A stretch of DNA of 64,000 nt, taken from contig OZ024747.1 of assembly GCA_964016885.1 (NCBI GenBank), positions 5,952,001 to 6,016,000 of the forward strand. Reading direction: 5' to 3'. The notes under the pieces were generated by a model. That model was not told the origin of the DNA and searched no databases. It worked only from the letters and a program-made list of their open reading frames with translations. This document shows positions 49,903 through 63,384 of the stretch, piece after piece (within the stretch, counting starts at the first letter, position 1; each line of letters opens with the position of its first letter). Origin of the DNA: Eledone cirrhosa. Taxonomy: Eukaryota. Made by a program: the position numbers and the translations under genes.

Positions 49903-49990
49903 TCCTCGACTACGTAGTTTCGTGGCATAAACAAAAACAATATATCAAAGATATAGAGTCCTTGCGAGGTCTGCCGACTTATCAAGAGGA
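49903..49990 (-). ncRNA. Type I hammerhead ribozyme, U3-A8 variant (array unit 4)
   Basis: Same sequence as unit 1. Confidence 0.8.
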
Positions 49991-50570
49991 TACCTCATTT
50001 TACTAGTCTCAAGAACGCGTCTACACGACGTGAGAAAGAATCCCAAAAGGCGGAGGGGGAGATAGTCACGCGATATAACGGTCGAGAAACAGAGCTAAGC
50101 CTCTTATAACCACGAAGAAAACACCACGGAGGCGGAGGGGGTATTCATATCGAGGCCGTAGAAGAGGTAGTGAAGAAGGCGAGAAGTATGAGTAATGGAA
50201 GCTTTCCAGTTGTCCCCACACTTCAAAGATTGCTCGACCAGAGGGAGTTATTAATATATTTAAAAACACACAGATACATGCGGACACACACATATATACA
50301 TGAATGCATCCGCACCCAACTGTGAGTTAAGGGTGCCAACTTCACCGATGTTGCTCAATGAATGACTGGGACAGACCAATTCAGTTTGAACTAGACTGAA
50401 CCAGTATCAGAGTTAAAAATACATTATGAAGAGAGAAGAAACATTTAGATATAATTAGTAATAAAATGTATCATACCTAAACTGTTCCTAAATTCATCGA
50501 CTACGTAGTTTCGTGGCATAAACAAAAACAATATATCAAAGATATAGAGTCAGACTAGTAAAATGAGGTA

Positions 50571-50658
50571 TCCTCTTGATAAGTCGGCAGACCTCGCAAG
50601 GACTCTTTATCTTTGATATATTGTTTTTGTTTATGCCACGAAACTACGTAGTCGAGGA
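50571..50658 (+). ncRNA. Type I hammerhead ribozyme, U3-A8 variant (inverted copy)
   Basis: tcctc ttgataa gtcggca...tgccac gaaa ctacgtag tc gagga, read directly on the + strand. Confidence 0.8.
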
Positions 50659-50889
50659 ATTTAGGAACAGTTTAGGTATGATACATTTTATTACTAATTA
50701 TATCTAAATGTTTCTTCTCTCTTCATAATGTATTTTTAACTCTGATACTGGTTCAGTCTAGTTCAAACTGAATTAGTCTGTCCCAGTCATTCATTGAGCA
50801 ACATCGGTGAAGTTGGCACCCTTAACTCACAGTTGGGTGCGGATGCATTCATGTATATATGTGTGTGTCCGCATGTATCTGTGTGTTTT

Positions 50890-50929
<40 letters not shown>

Positions 50930-51454
50930 TTGAGAGGGTGTGTGGTATCTTTGCACTGAATTACTTAAAAGTTGGTTAGAAGCGAAGTCAATGCAGACAG
51001 TCAGCCAGACAGACAGATATTATAAGCGTGCGGCGTTGTAGCTATGTATCTAATGCAGACAGCCAGACATACAGAAACATATAAGGGCGCGACGTTATTG
51101 CTATGTATCTATCTAAAAAGACAGACTAAGAAAGAGAGATGAATGTCGTATAACCAGAAGTGTTGACATTTGAAAATTTTAAAGAAGTGAATATTTAAAT
51201 AAACGATAAAATATCTTTAATCTTTTAACGAAATTTAGAAGACAAAAATACCCTCACTTTCTTACTTGGAAAAAGTTAAATCTATGGTACAAATTTGGTG
51301 CTTTTTGGTCCAGCCGTTTGGCGAAAAGTTCGTTACATACATACGGCCGTCAGCTTTATAATATAGTCTAGCTGGCCCGTCCGGCTGGCGTCCGGCTGGC
51401 GTCCGGCTACCATTAGCGTGTTCTACGGCATCCAGATATATATATATATATATA

Positions 51455-53299
51455 TATAGCTGACGTACCCAGCTTCGCTTGGATAAACAGAAGATAAGCC
51501 GTCTGTGTAGTATAGTATTACTGTTGAAAATATATAATATAATATAGTATGACTGTTGAAAACATATAGTATAGTGTAGTATTACTGTTGAAAATATATA
51601 GTAGAGTACAGTATTACTGTTGAAAATATATAGTATAGTATTACTCTTGGAAATATATAGTATAGTATTACTGTTGGAAATATATAGTATAGTATTACTG
51701 TTGAAAATATATAGTATAGTATTACTGTTGGAAATATATAGTATAGTATTACTGTTGGAAATATATAGTATAGTATTACTGTTGTAAATATATAGTATAG
51801 TATTACTGTTGGAAATATATGGTATAGTATTACTGTTAGAAATATATAGTATAGTATTACTGTTGAAAATATATAGTATAGTATTACTGTTGGAAATATA
51901 TAGTATAGTATTACTGTTGGAAATATATGGTATAGTATTACTGTTGAAAATATATAGTACAGTACAGTATTACTGTTGAAAATATATAGTATAGTATTAC
52001 TCTTGGAAATATATAGTATAGTATTACTGTTGGAAATATATGGTATAGTATTACTGTTGGAAATATATAGTATAGTATTACTGCTGAAAATGTATAGTAT
52101 AGTATTACTCTTGGAAATATATAGTATAGTATTACTGTTGGAAATATATGGTATAGTATTACTGTTGGAAATATATAGTATAGTATTACTGTTGAAAATA
52201 TATAGTATAGTATTACTGTTGGAAATATATAGTATAGTATTACTATTGGAAATATATAGTATAGTATTACTGTTGGAAATATATGGTATAGTATTACTGT
52301 TGGAAATATATAGTATAGTATTACTGTTGGAAATATATAGTATAGTATTACTGTTGGAAATATATAGTATAGTATTACTGTTGGAAATATATAGTATAGT
52401 ATTACTGTTGGAAATATATAGTATAGTATTACTGTTGGAAATATATGGTATAGTATTACTGTTGGAAATATATGGTATAGTATTACTGTTGGAAATATAT
52501 AGTATAGTATTACTGTTGAAAATATATAGTATAGTATTACTGTTGGAAATATATAGTATAGTATTACTGTTGGAAATATATGGTATAGTATTACTGTTGG
52601 AAATATATAGTATAGTATTACTGTTGGAAATATATAGTATAGTATTACTATTGGAAATATATAGTATAGTATTACTGTTGGAAATATATAGTATAGTATT
52701 ACTGTTGGAAATATATGGTATAGTATTACTGTTGGAAATATATGGTATAGTATTACTGTTGAAAATATATAGTATAGTATTACTGTTGAAAATATATAGT
52801 ATAGTATTACTGTTGAAAATATATAGTATAGTATTACTGTTGGAAATATATGGTATAGTATTATTGTTGGAAATATATGGTATAGTATTACTGTTGGAAA
52901 TATATAGTATAGTATTACTGTTGGAAATATATAGTATAGTATTACTGTTGAAAATATATAGTATAGTATTACTGTTGAAAATATGTACACGAATATATAA
53001 TTATATATATATATATAATTAATTAAAAGTTGGTTAGAAGCGAAGTCAATGCAGACAGGCAGACATACAGATAGATATTATAAGAGCGCGACGTTATAGC
53101 TATGTATCTATCTAAAACGACAGAGTAAGAAAGAGAGAGGAATGTCGTATTATATATATATATTATATATAATAAAGTACCAGTAATGTACTGGGATAAT
53201 TGGTGAACTTGAGCCAAAAGTAGAAACAATTATACTTCTTTTTTATACAACTGTAAATAACATGTTTATTTATGTATATATAGGTATATATACGTATAA

Positions 53300-53345
<46 letters not shown>

Positions 53346-53577
53346 AAAATTAAGATAATCAAAATTATGGGTGTCATGCCAGAAAGACATGCGCCATATC
53401 ACCCGCAAAATAAGCTCTAAGATTCTAACGAATAGGTCCGAGCAGTTTATAATAACTAGAAATTGATTAACATAGAAATATACATGAATAATCACAGGAG
53501 ATAATTTGTGTGCTTACACACTTGTAAATTATCTCCTGTGATTATTCATGTTTATTTATATGTTAATCAATTTCTAG

Positions 53578-53617
<40 letters not shown>

Positions 53618-53998
53618 TATATATATATACTATATATATATACACACACACAGCGAAGTGAATGTACAGAATGGTTTTCGTAATGCAGACAGCCAGACAT
53701 ACATACAGATATTATAAGAGCGCGACGTTATTGCTATGTATCTATCTGAAAAGACAGACTAAGAAAGAGAGAGAACGCTAACCGGAAGTGTTGACATTTG
53801 GAAAATTTTAAAGAAGTGAATATTTAATTAAACAATAAAATATCTTTAATCTTTTAACTAAATTTAGTAGACAAAAATACCCTCACTTTCTTACTTGGAA
53901 AAAGTTACATCTATGGTGCAAATTTGGTGTTGTTTGGTCCAGCCGTTTGGCGAAATGTTTGTTACATACATACGGCCGTCAGCTTTATAATATAGATA
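51455..53998 (+). mobile_element. Helentron/DINE-like element carrying an expanded 27-bp satellite
   Basis: 5' tagctgacgtacccagcttcgc and 3' tacatacatacggccgtcagctttataatatagat. The same 3' end also occurs at 43590, 51366 and 58857. Confidence 0.5.
51505..52985. repeat. 27-bp satellite x~55
   Basis: Unit atatatagtatagtattactgttggaa. Confidence 0.97.
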
Positions 53999-54033
53999 TA
54001 GAATCATTGGAACATCTGACTGATAAAATGACA

Positions 54034-54354
54034 AGTCAGTCAATCATATCGGTGGCCTCCCCCACAGCCCCAGCGGACAGAATAGAGAAGGCGTTTCCCC
54101 GGAAGACGGCAAGGGAGACGCGCTGGAAAAGCCATTCCAGCTCGCGAGGCTCACACCTGCGGCTGGCCAGCTCAGCGCCTATGGTGGTGAGTAGGGAGGT
54201 AGCCCTAGGGCCTAGGACACCAGAAGTCTCCACTGCCAAGGGTACAATCGCAAACCTGTCGGAGAGTGACCGGTATTTGAAGAGTTTGGCCTCCTCAGCC
54301 CGACGTGCAGCAGAACCTGGGTTAGTCGCAGACTGCACCAGGTTGCGGCTGGCT
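54034..54354 (-). mobile_element. CRE-clade-like fragment, duplicated copy
   Basis: Near-identical to 43625-43945. Confidence 0.7.
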
Positions 54355-54952
54355 AAATGTGGATGTCTTAATTAGGAGTTTCGAGATATAGTATTTCTTG
54401 GTTCTATGATACAAAACTGCAAGTTTTAAAGGGTTTAATTCCTTTTAAGATATTCTTTAAACACTGACTTAATAATGGTTTCTACTATAGGCACAAGGCC
54501 AGCAATTAAATCGACCCCAGTGCGTGACTGGTACTTTATTTATCTACTCTGTAAGGATGAAAGGCAAAGCAAACCTCGGCGGGATTTGAACTCAGAACGC
54601 AAAGGGCCGTAAATCTATGCTACAAAGGATGTTGTCCGACGCTCTACCGATACTGCCAACCCACCGTCGTCAAACACTGACTTAATAATTGCTTCTACTT
54701 TTGGTACAAGGCTAGCAATTACCCAGTGCATTACTGGTACTTTATTTTATCGACCCCGTAAGGATGAAAGGCAAACTTAACCTCGGCGGGATTTGAACTC
54801 AGAACGACTGAAAGCAGTGACAAAAGACATGTCTTTGGCAGACATGAATTCATGTCCTCACCAATACTCATTCGCCTTTTTTTATTCTTTATCTTTCATC
54901 CATTCCAGGTCGATAAAAAAAAGTACCAGTCAAGTACTGGGGTCAATTCTTC

Positions 54953-55031
<79 letters not shown>

Positions 55032-55904
55032 TCTCTCTCTCTGGAAGAAATCTGCTGTTTTCAGACCTAGAAAGAAAATGGACTCCGCTAGATTTTTAAA
55101 ATGTCTGAGAAACGTCGTATGTCAATATGGCGCCCCTCGACTCCATCGGGAGTTACGGGTCCAAGCATGCCATGCAAGGAGTTATTTTAGTTTTCTTCTT
55201 CTTCTTCGCCAATTTATCCCTGAGAGGATCGCGGTTGCCGAATTCTAAATTTACGCCCTCCAGAGAGTTCTATCGGAAGCAACCGTTTCCAAATTATCCG
55301 TTTGAATCTCCAAACGAGACCAGCCGGGGTTATGGATGTTATCCAACCATCTTGCTCAGGGTCTACCCCTGGGTTTTCTACCAGTTGGTTTTGCCCATAA
55401 AATCTGTCCAGCGATTCTATCCACATGTCCATAGTATCAGAGTTGTGATCTTTCAATTCGAAGAAGTAGTGGCTCTACCTGGAGTGACTCTCTGATCTTC
55501 GAGATGATTTTGTTTTTCATTCTTCAGTTAGAAGAGAAACAATTCGTAGTCATGTTCCTAAGATAAAAAAAAAAAACATAAACTTGATTTATTCGACCAT
55601 TTTAATTCAATTTTAAGAAAATGTTTGTATAAAAATATCTAAAATATATTTTAAAAATCCCATTAATAAACTGCCCCTACCCACCCTTCGTATCCCTACA
55701 TACACAGGCTATATTATAAAGTTGCTAACATATTTAATGGTACGTGCAAAGTACATAGCATGGTTCATATCCTGGGCAACTGTTATTTACCATAGCCTCA
55801 GATCGACTCATGGCTTGTGGGCGAAATTGGGTAGACGGAAACTGTTTGGAAGCCCGTCAGATGGACTGTACCTGTAATTTAAAGGAAGGGCAGGGCTTGT
55901 CGCA

Positions 55905-55967
<63 letters not shown>

Positions 55968-56001
55968 TGTCACACTGAAACTGAGAATTACTTTAAAAGT
56001 A

Positions 56002-57296
56002 CGAGCTACATTGAAGAGGTTTCCAGTCTTTTATCAGAGAGACATTTATCTCAGATCAACAGAAAACTCTAATCTCCATCAAAGTAGGATCCTTCAATTT
56101 CAATGTACTTGTTGTAGTGCTCCAGCCACTTATGGGAGACCCCCCCCCCCCTGTAGTTCTGCAAAGTGAAGGTGTCCAGGGCGTTTGTCACAGCCTCCTT
56201 CGTATCTCCTCTACATCCTCAAAGCGGATCCCCCTGAGATTCTCGTACAGCTTCGGGAACATCCAGAAGTGGCATGGGGCTAAGTCTGGACTGTAGATAG
56301 AATGAGGGACAGTCTTGATCCCCATATCGGCCAGGTAGTTGGTAACTATGATGGACTTGTGGCAGGGGTCATTGTCCTCCTGCAGATGAAAATAACCAGA
56401 CTTGAAGAATTCTGATCTCTTGTGACGAAATCTCTTTCTGAACTGCATCAAAACCTCTCCAGAGTACTCTGTGTTGACTATCAGGCCATGGGGGACCCAG
56501 TGGACGTAGATGATCCCCTTTCTGTCGAAGAATGAAATCATCACGAGCTTCCCAGTGGGCCTGCTTTGCCTGGCCTTCTTGGGTCTTGGGGAATCAGAAT
56601 TTTTCCACTGGGCACTCTGTCTCTTGATCCCTGGATCATAACAGTAGATCCAACTCTCGTCACAGGTTACCAGAGACTCAAGAACACTTGGATTCGAAGC
56701 GATCCACTCGACCATCTCTCTGCTGTCATCAACGTGCTGCTGCACAAATTTTTCACTTGTTCAGATCGTCATGAATGTCTCTGTGAACAGTGTCCTCAGC
56801 CACTTCAAATTGTTTAGCAATCGTCAGAAAAGATGCCCGACGGTCCTCGTCCAGAAATTTGTTGGCCAGATTTGGCCTCCTGATACCCCTCTTCCTGCCA
56901 CACCTCTCATCGCCCCCACCTGCTCTCTACCCTCCTGGAACCTCTTGTGCCAGTGGAAGACAGTTGTCCAGCTCATGCAAGTTAATCTATAAACAATTTT
57001 GACCATTTCATAGGTATTTGCAGCGTTTTTACCAAGCTTGACACAAAACTTTATTGCATATGGAGTCTCCAAGTTGTGCTCACGTCCCAAATGTATTGTG
57101 GAACCAGTCAGCTGTGACAAGACAGGTATGACAGGTAATGTTTAGAGTGCTGTAGCGGCCCGAACCGTCAACCTGAAATAAAAGAGTTGGCATTTTAGCT
57201 TATAACCATATCAAGGATGTATCAGGGTGACAGTCACGTTGGGTCAATTAAAAGTGCCTGATAAGAAAAGTCTCAAAACCTTTTGAGTGTTCCTCG
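56002..57296 (-). mobile_element. Mariner DNA transposon, inactive, copy 2 (product of segmental duplication)
   Basis: Same element and same flanks as copy 1. A 185-aa ORF at 56188-56745 has the third catalytic Asp replaced by His (APCHF). Confidence 0.92.
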
Positions 57297-57976
57297 TATA
57301 CGTGTTTAATTCCATGGGCCGGCTGTTCCATTCATCGAACTAATAAAAACAGAATGCAACGTGGAGCGATCAAGCTGTTTCGTTGATCTAACAAATGAAA
57401 CATTCCACGTCGAAACTGACGAAGGCCTATTCCAATGTGCAAAGAAATGTTCATTTAAATTACATATGTTGCATTATGTTAATGGTTAAATCTGGTCAAT
57501 ATCGGAATTTAAATTGATTACAATTTATTGAAAACAATGTAGTGTGGAGCGAGCCCGATCATTTAGCAATGCAGTGACAACCGCGGACACATACAAACAA
57601 GAGTATACTTAACAGAATTAAGATACATTCAATTTTGTTACAGTTAACGATTTATCATAATTTGTTAATGTTACATTTTATCAGGGTTGAGTGTTGATTC
57701 TGGAAGTTTAATATTTTTCTCCAACGCATATGTTGCTATAGACAGCGGCTGGTCAAATCCAGATGTTGCAATAATGTACTGCGTATTTTAACATTGCACA
57801 TTTGGAAAGTTTGAATCTGCAAAAAGGAAAATAAAAGAAAACTGAAGTTATTGTCATATTTGGATGACAATAACTCTGTTACCCGGAGATTTTCCCATCT
57901 GCATTGTTGAGGCTTCCAAAACGACCCCAAAAAAATGTTATTATTCCACAATGCTTCAAGCAAACTTCAATACTTT

Positions 57977-58055
<79 letters not shown>

Positions 58056-58353
58056 TAACTGATTAAAATTTAAGCAAAGAATCGCTGATTTCACCCTTAA
58101 CGGGATCTTCTGAAATTAAAAAAATCAATCTGTGAACGCAGAAGTAATTATTTCGAAAAACGTTGCAGCCGAAGGAAAACAGGAAGACGATACTTTGGTT
58201 CGTGAAGACGTTCCCTGGCAATGAACGGAAAAAAGCGAAGATAATACGTCAGTAATGAGAACAATATTTGCTCTAGGGTTCTTATATATTTGATATATAT
58301 TTATCCTTATCGAGCCCTCTTTGGATTTTAGTACTTCATATTATTATTATTAC

Positions 58354-58439
<86 letters not shown>

Positions 58440-58984
58440 AGAGGGTGTGTGGTATCTTTGCACTGAATTACTTAAAAGTTGGTTAGAAGCGAAGTCAATG
58501 CAGACAGATATTATAAGCGTGCGGCGTTGTAGCTATGTATCTAATGCAGACAGCCAGACATACAGAAACATATAAGGGCGCGACGTTATTGCTATGTATC
58601 TATCTAAAAAGACAGACTAAGAAAGAGAGATGAATGTCGTATAACCAGAAGTGTTGACATTTGAAAATTTTAAAGAAGTGAATATTTAAATAAACGATAA
58701 AATATCTTTAATCTTTTAACGAAATTTAGAAGACAAAAATACCCTCACTTTCTTACTTGGAAAAAGTTAAATCTATGGTACAAATTTGGTGCTTTTTGGT
58801 CCAGCCGTTTGGCGAAAAGTTCGTTACATACATACGGCCGTCAGCTTTATAATATAGTCTAGCTGGCCCGTCCGGCTGGCGTCCGGCTACCATTAGCGTG
58901 TTCTACGGCATCCAGATATATATATATATATATAGCTGACGTACCCAGCTTCGCTTGGATAAACAGAAGATAAGCCGTCTGTGT

Positions 58985-59641
58985 AGTATAGTATTACTGT
59001 TGAAAATATATAATATAATATAGTATGACTGTTGAAAACATATAGTATAGTGTAGTATTACTGTTGAAAATATATAGTACAGTACAGTATTACTGTTGAA
59101 AATATATAGTATAGTATTACTCTTGGAAATATATAGTATAGTATTACTGTTGGAAATATATAGTATAGTATTACTGTTGAAAATATATAGTATAGTATTA
59201 CTGTTGGAAATATATAGTATAGTATTACTGTTGGAAATATATAGTATAGTATTACTGTTGGAAATATATGGTATAGTATTACTGTTGGAAATATATGGTA
59301 TAGTATTACTGTTGGAAATATATAGTATAGTATTACTGTTGGAAATATATGGTATAGTATTACTGTTGAAAATATATAGTACAGTACAGTATTACTGTTG
59401 AAAATATATAGTATAGTATTACTCTTGGAAATATATAGTATAGTATTACTGTTGGAAATATATGGTATAGTATTACTGTTGGAAATATATAGTATAGTAT
59501 TACTGTTGAAAATATATAGTATAGTATTACTGTTGGAAATATATAGTATAGTATTACTATTGGAAATATATAGTATAGTATTACTGTTGGAAATATATGG
59601 TATAGTATTACTGTTGGAAATATATAGTATAGTATTACTGT
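58985..59641. repeat. 27-bp satellite x~24 (duplicated copy)
   Basis: Same unit and same 5' flank as 51505-52985. Confidence 0.97.
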
Positions 59642-59713
59642 ATTACACACTGGCACACACACAGTTATACACACACATCCACAAGCACAAACACACAGAA
59701 AGACACACACACA

Positions 59714-59773
<60 letters not shown>

Positions 59774-59867
59774 TAACTCAATGTATGGTGGCCTATAAGC
59801 ACCTGAAACTAGCAGCTATGATTCCAACAAACCTGGAACACAAAAAAACAAGCGAATGAACACACAT

Positions 59868-60025
59868 TCTTATGACACCTCTTATGACACTTCTTATGAC
59901 ACCTCTTATGATACCTCATATGAACACCTCATATGACACCTCTTATGACACCTCATATGACACCTCTTATGACACTTCTTATGACACCTTTTATGACACA
60001 TCTTATGACACCCTCTTATGACACA
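59868..60025. repeat. 13-bp tandem repeat x~12
   Basis: Recurring tcttatgacacc motif with a 13-bp period. Confidence 0.9.
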
Positions 60026-60591
60026 CTAAACCTAAAAAAAAATTCTTAAGATTGTCCTAGAGAGATGTCACTGGGATTGATTCGACCGAGTATGGTAATT
60101 CATGACGTCATTATCCCCCTATAGACCCCCTCCTTCCCACACCAGATCATACTGAATTCTCATTACTGTTTTTTTTTCGTGTTTTTTGTTGTTTTTTTGT
60201 ATTAATGTTACTCGTAAATCTTAATTCCCGTATAACACTGAAATAATAACGATATAAATAAATAGTAAAATGAAAATTACAATTTCAATTATAATATAAA
60301 ATATTTACATTTACATACGTAACAGACTTCTGTCTGGATTCGAAACCAGGAAATCTTAATCGACTTTCACGTTCCGCTGAGAAAAACCATCTTAGCTTTA
60401 GCCAGTAAAATGGCGGCAGTCGAAGCTCGGATTTTAACAGGATAACCCATAAAATTATGACGATCAAACGGTGCAGAATTTACCTCCTACCATGCCTTCC
60501 TCTTCCCTTTCTTACATAATTTAATTCCTTTCTCTCCCCCATCTTTTTTCTCTCTTCCTGTTTATCATTTTAATTTATTTCGAGGGCGTTT

Positions 60592-60760
60592 GATTGGCAG
60601 ACTCGGTAAAATGTCGGACAAATGCTTTACGGTATTTGTTCCAGCGCTTTAAAATATGAGTTCAAATCTCGCTATAGTCACTTTATTTTCGTTTTCACCC
60701 TTTCATGGTCGTTAAAATAAAGAACCTGGGAAGTACAGGGGTCGATTTAATCGATGTTCC
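60592..60760 (+). mobile_element. Diverged SINE copy; a truncated copy also at ~61835-62000 (+)
   Basis: TGGCAGACTCGG A box, GAGTTCAAATCT B box, decayed core. Confidence 0.7.
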
Positions 60761-61336
60761 CTTCTCTCTCTGAAAAATTGGGTGGGTGTCTAGAGGAGAG
60801 TTAATGAGGTGTAAAATACATTACTTTTGATTACAAAAAAAGAAGTAGAAAATACATTTGGATACGTGTCTAGGGAAGAGTTAAACTAGACAGGTCAAAA
60901 TATTGGTGAGGGCGTTGACTGGTCAAGGTATAGAGGTCATGATGAGGGTGTTGACTGCTATATTATACAGACAGGTCAGAGTGGAGGTGTTGGATGATTG
61001 CTCTTCTATATAGACATGTCGGGAGCACTCAGATCAAATAAGCAAGAGTAATAAATTGATCCCATAAAAGGGGATAAAGCCACCACAGCAGCTGATATCT
61101 CGGAAGACAGGTCAGGTCACTCCACATAATCGACTACGGACACTAGTGTGGTACCACAAAATCAATACGCCTACATGTCCACTTTACGAAATTTGACCGT
61201 TCGATTTATCTTCCTGGAAGCATATGTCATAACTCAATTACTTAGCTAAATGCATATTGATGATATAATATAGAAAAAGGCAAACAATTTGGTTATTGAT
61301 ATTTTTCTTAAAATAACGTGAACTAAATTTCACTAA

Positions 61337-62523
61337 TAGGCTTGGCATTGCAAGGATGTATGCAGCTGTGATTTGAGTTGTCACAGCTGTTCCTTCTTTC
61401 TGGTTGTACCATGGCTAGTTAATCACAAGGTCCAGCGTATTTCCTTTATGAAATAAAAACAACTCCTTGGGCAAATATTTATCAATTACAATTGTTTGGT
61501 ACTGGACAGAATGTGAAGGAGTTTAACGCTATTTTTCTTGATCTTTAGAAAATATTATAAGAACTTAAAGAAATTTTGGAAACAAAATGAGAGGTAAAGT
61601 TGTTCTTTTTATTCTGATTATTTTATTCTGATTATTTTGTATTTGAGGAATCATGTTTGTGAGTTTAGCTAATTCCCTTCGTTAGTTTTGATGCTTACTC
61701 ACAAGAATTATCATGAAGGTAGACTTCCAACCCGCCCATCCCCTCAATCTATCTTATTTCTCATTCTTTCTTCCGATGAAGGACTAGCGTCCGAAACGTT
61801 AAGACCCTCTTCCTGGTATATCAAGCGTTAACCCAGGGTCGGACGCCATGCTTTCCAGCATAGTTACGTCCCTTTATGATCTGAGTTCAAATCCCGCCGA
61901 GGTTGACTTTGCCTTTCATCCTTACGGGGTCGATAAAATAAAGTACCAGTAATGCACTGGGTAATTTGCTGGCCTTGTGCCTAAAGTAGAAACAATTATT
62001 TCTAAATTCAAATTTAATTTCACTTATAGGCTTGGCATTGCAAGGATGTATGCAGCTGTGATTTGAGTTGTCACAGCTGTTCCTTCTTTCTGGTTGTACC
62101 ATGGCTAGTTAATCACAAGGACCAACGTATTTCCTTTATGAAATAAAAACAACTTCTTGTGCAAATATTTATCAATTACAATTGTTTGGTACTGGACAGA
62201 ATGTGAAGGAGTTTAACGCTATTTTTCTTGATCTTTAGAAAATATTATAAGAACTTAAAGAAATTTTGGAAACAAAATGAGAGGTAAAGTTGTTCTTTTT
62301 ATTCTGATTATTTTATTCTGATTATTTTGTATTTGAGGAATCATGTTTGTGAGTTTAGCTAATTCCCTTCGTTAGTTTTGATGCTTACTCACAAGAATTA
62401 TCATGAAGGTAGACTTCCAACCCGCCCGTCCCCTCAATCTATCTTATTTCTCATTCTTTCTTCCGATGAAGGACTAGCGTCCGAAACGTTAAGACCCTCT
62501 TCCTGGTATATCAAGCGTTAACC
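61337..62523 (+). repeat. ~495-bp direct duplication separated by a truncated SINE
   Basis: 61337-61833 matches 62027-62523 (offset 690). Confidence 0.92.
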
Positions 62524-62583
62524 CAATATATCCCTTCTATATACTGTACCAATTGTGTTGTTATTTCTGTTTACCTTTTACAT

Positions 62584-62631
<48 letters not shown>

Positions 62632-62648
62632 GGGGGGAGGGAGGGAGG

Positions 62649-62689
<41 letters not shown>

Positions 62690-63171
62690 GGAGAGAGAGA
62701 GAGATATGGTAAAGACCTCCTTCGTTCACGAATGAGCATGGGATTCTACCTAGAAGTTTACCCTCCTAGACATAATTCCGGGCAAGATTGTTTTATGGAA
62801 GACCAGCAGTCGCCCAGTTGCCCCTCTCCATATCACTCATGTTATCCAAGGGAAAGGCAATGGTTGATACAAGTCGACACCAGTTATGTCCCAACTCATT
62901 TCTACAGCTGAGTAAACCGGAGCAACATGAAATAAAGTGTCTTGCTCAAGGAAACAACGCATTAGCTGATCCAAGAATTGAACTCACAACCTCACGATTG
63001 CAAGCCCTGTGATCTAACCTCTAAGCCATGCGCCTTCAAACATATATACACGTGTGGGGGGGGGCGTGTGTGTGTGTGTGTGTGTGTGTGTGCAAAATGT
63101 AATAACAAAGCAAACGACACAGAACGATAAAGAGATATATTATTAGTTTCGCGCTTGATAGTAGGAAAGGG

Positions 63172-63207
63172 CTTTAACGTTTCGGACTCTAGTCCTTCAT
63201 CAGAAAA
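63172..63207 (-). ncRNA. Minimal hammerhead ribozyme of the terminal PLE
   Basis: TTTT-CTGATGA-A-GGAC TAGA GTCC-GAAACGTT-AAAG. Relatives at 61769-61804 (+), 62459-62494 (+) (core CCGATGA) and ~9672-9707 (-, decayed). Confidence 0.75.
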
Positions 63208-63384
63208 TAGAATGAGAAATTAAAGAAGAGATATATAGATAGAGGAGAGTGGCAGTGATAGAAACGAAAAACAATTTTTAGAGAAAAAACATGTGTATTC
63301 ATATCGCCATCTCTTGAAAAACTGTTTATTCTGGCATTGTTGTGTGAGGAAACCAGTTGTTCTTGTTTTAATGGAGAACATATC

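Larger units (their letters stand above)
48061..50898 (-). mobile_element. Retrozyme-like / non-autonomous PLE-type insertion: 591-bp tandem array (x4.2) plus inverted partial copy
   Basis: Units start at 48061, 48652, 49241, 49832 and 50423 (partial, to 50551), nearly identical. Inverted copy at 50552-50898. (TA)n on both sides, no credible ORF, one HHR per full unit. Confidence 0.85.

Noticed and set aside
48295-50293. Repeated 75-103-aa ORF in the 591-bp units
   Set aside because: It has no recognisable domain, its start codon lies in a (CA)/(TA) tract, and its frame changes with a 2-bp indel between units.
51505-52985. 27-bp repeats as a CRISPR array, or the 348/350-aa ORFs as genes
   Set aside because: The units are head-to-tail with no unique spacers and no cas genes, in a eukaryotic context. 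The ORFs are satellite translations.
56002-57296. Second mariner copy as evidence of recent transposition
   Set aside because: Both copies share several kb of flanking sequence and most inactivating lesions, so they were copied by segmental duplication.
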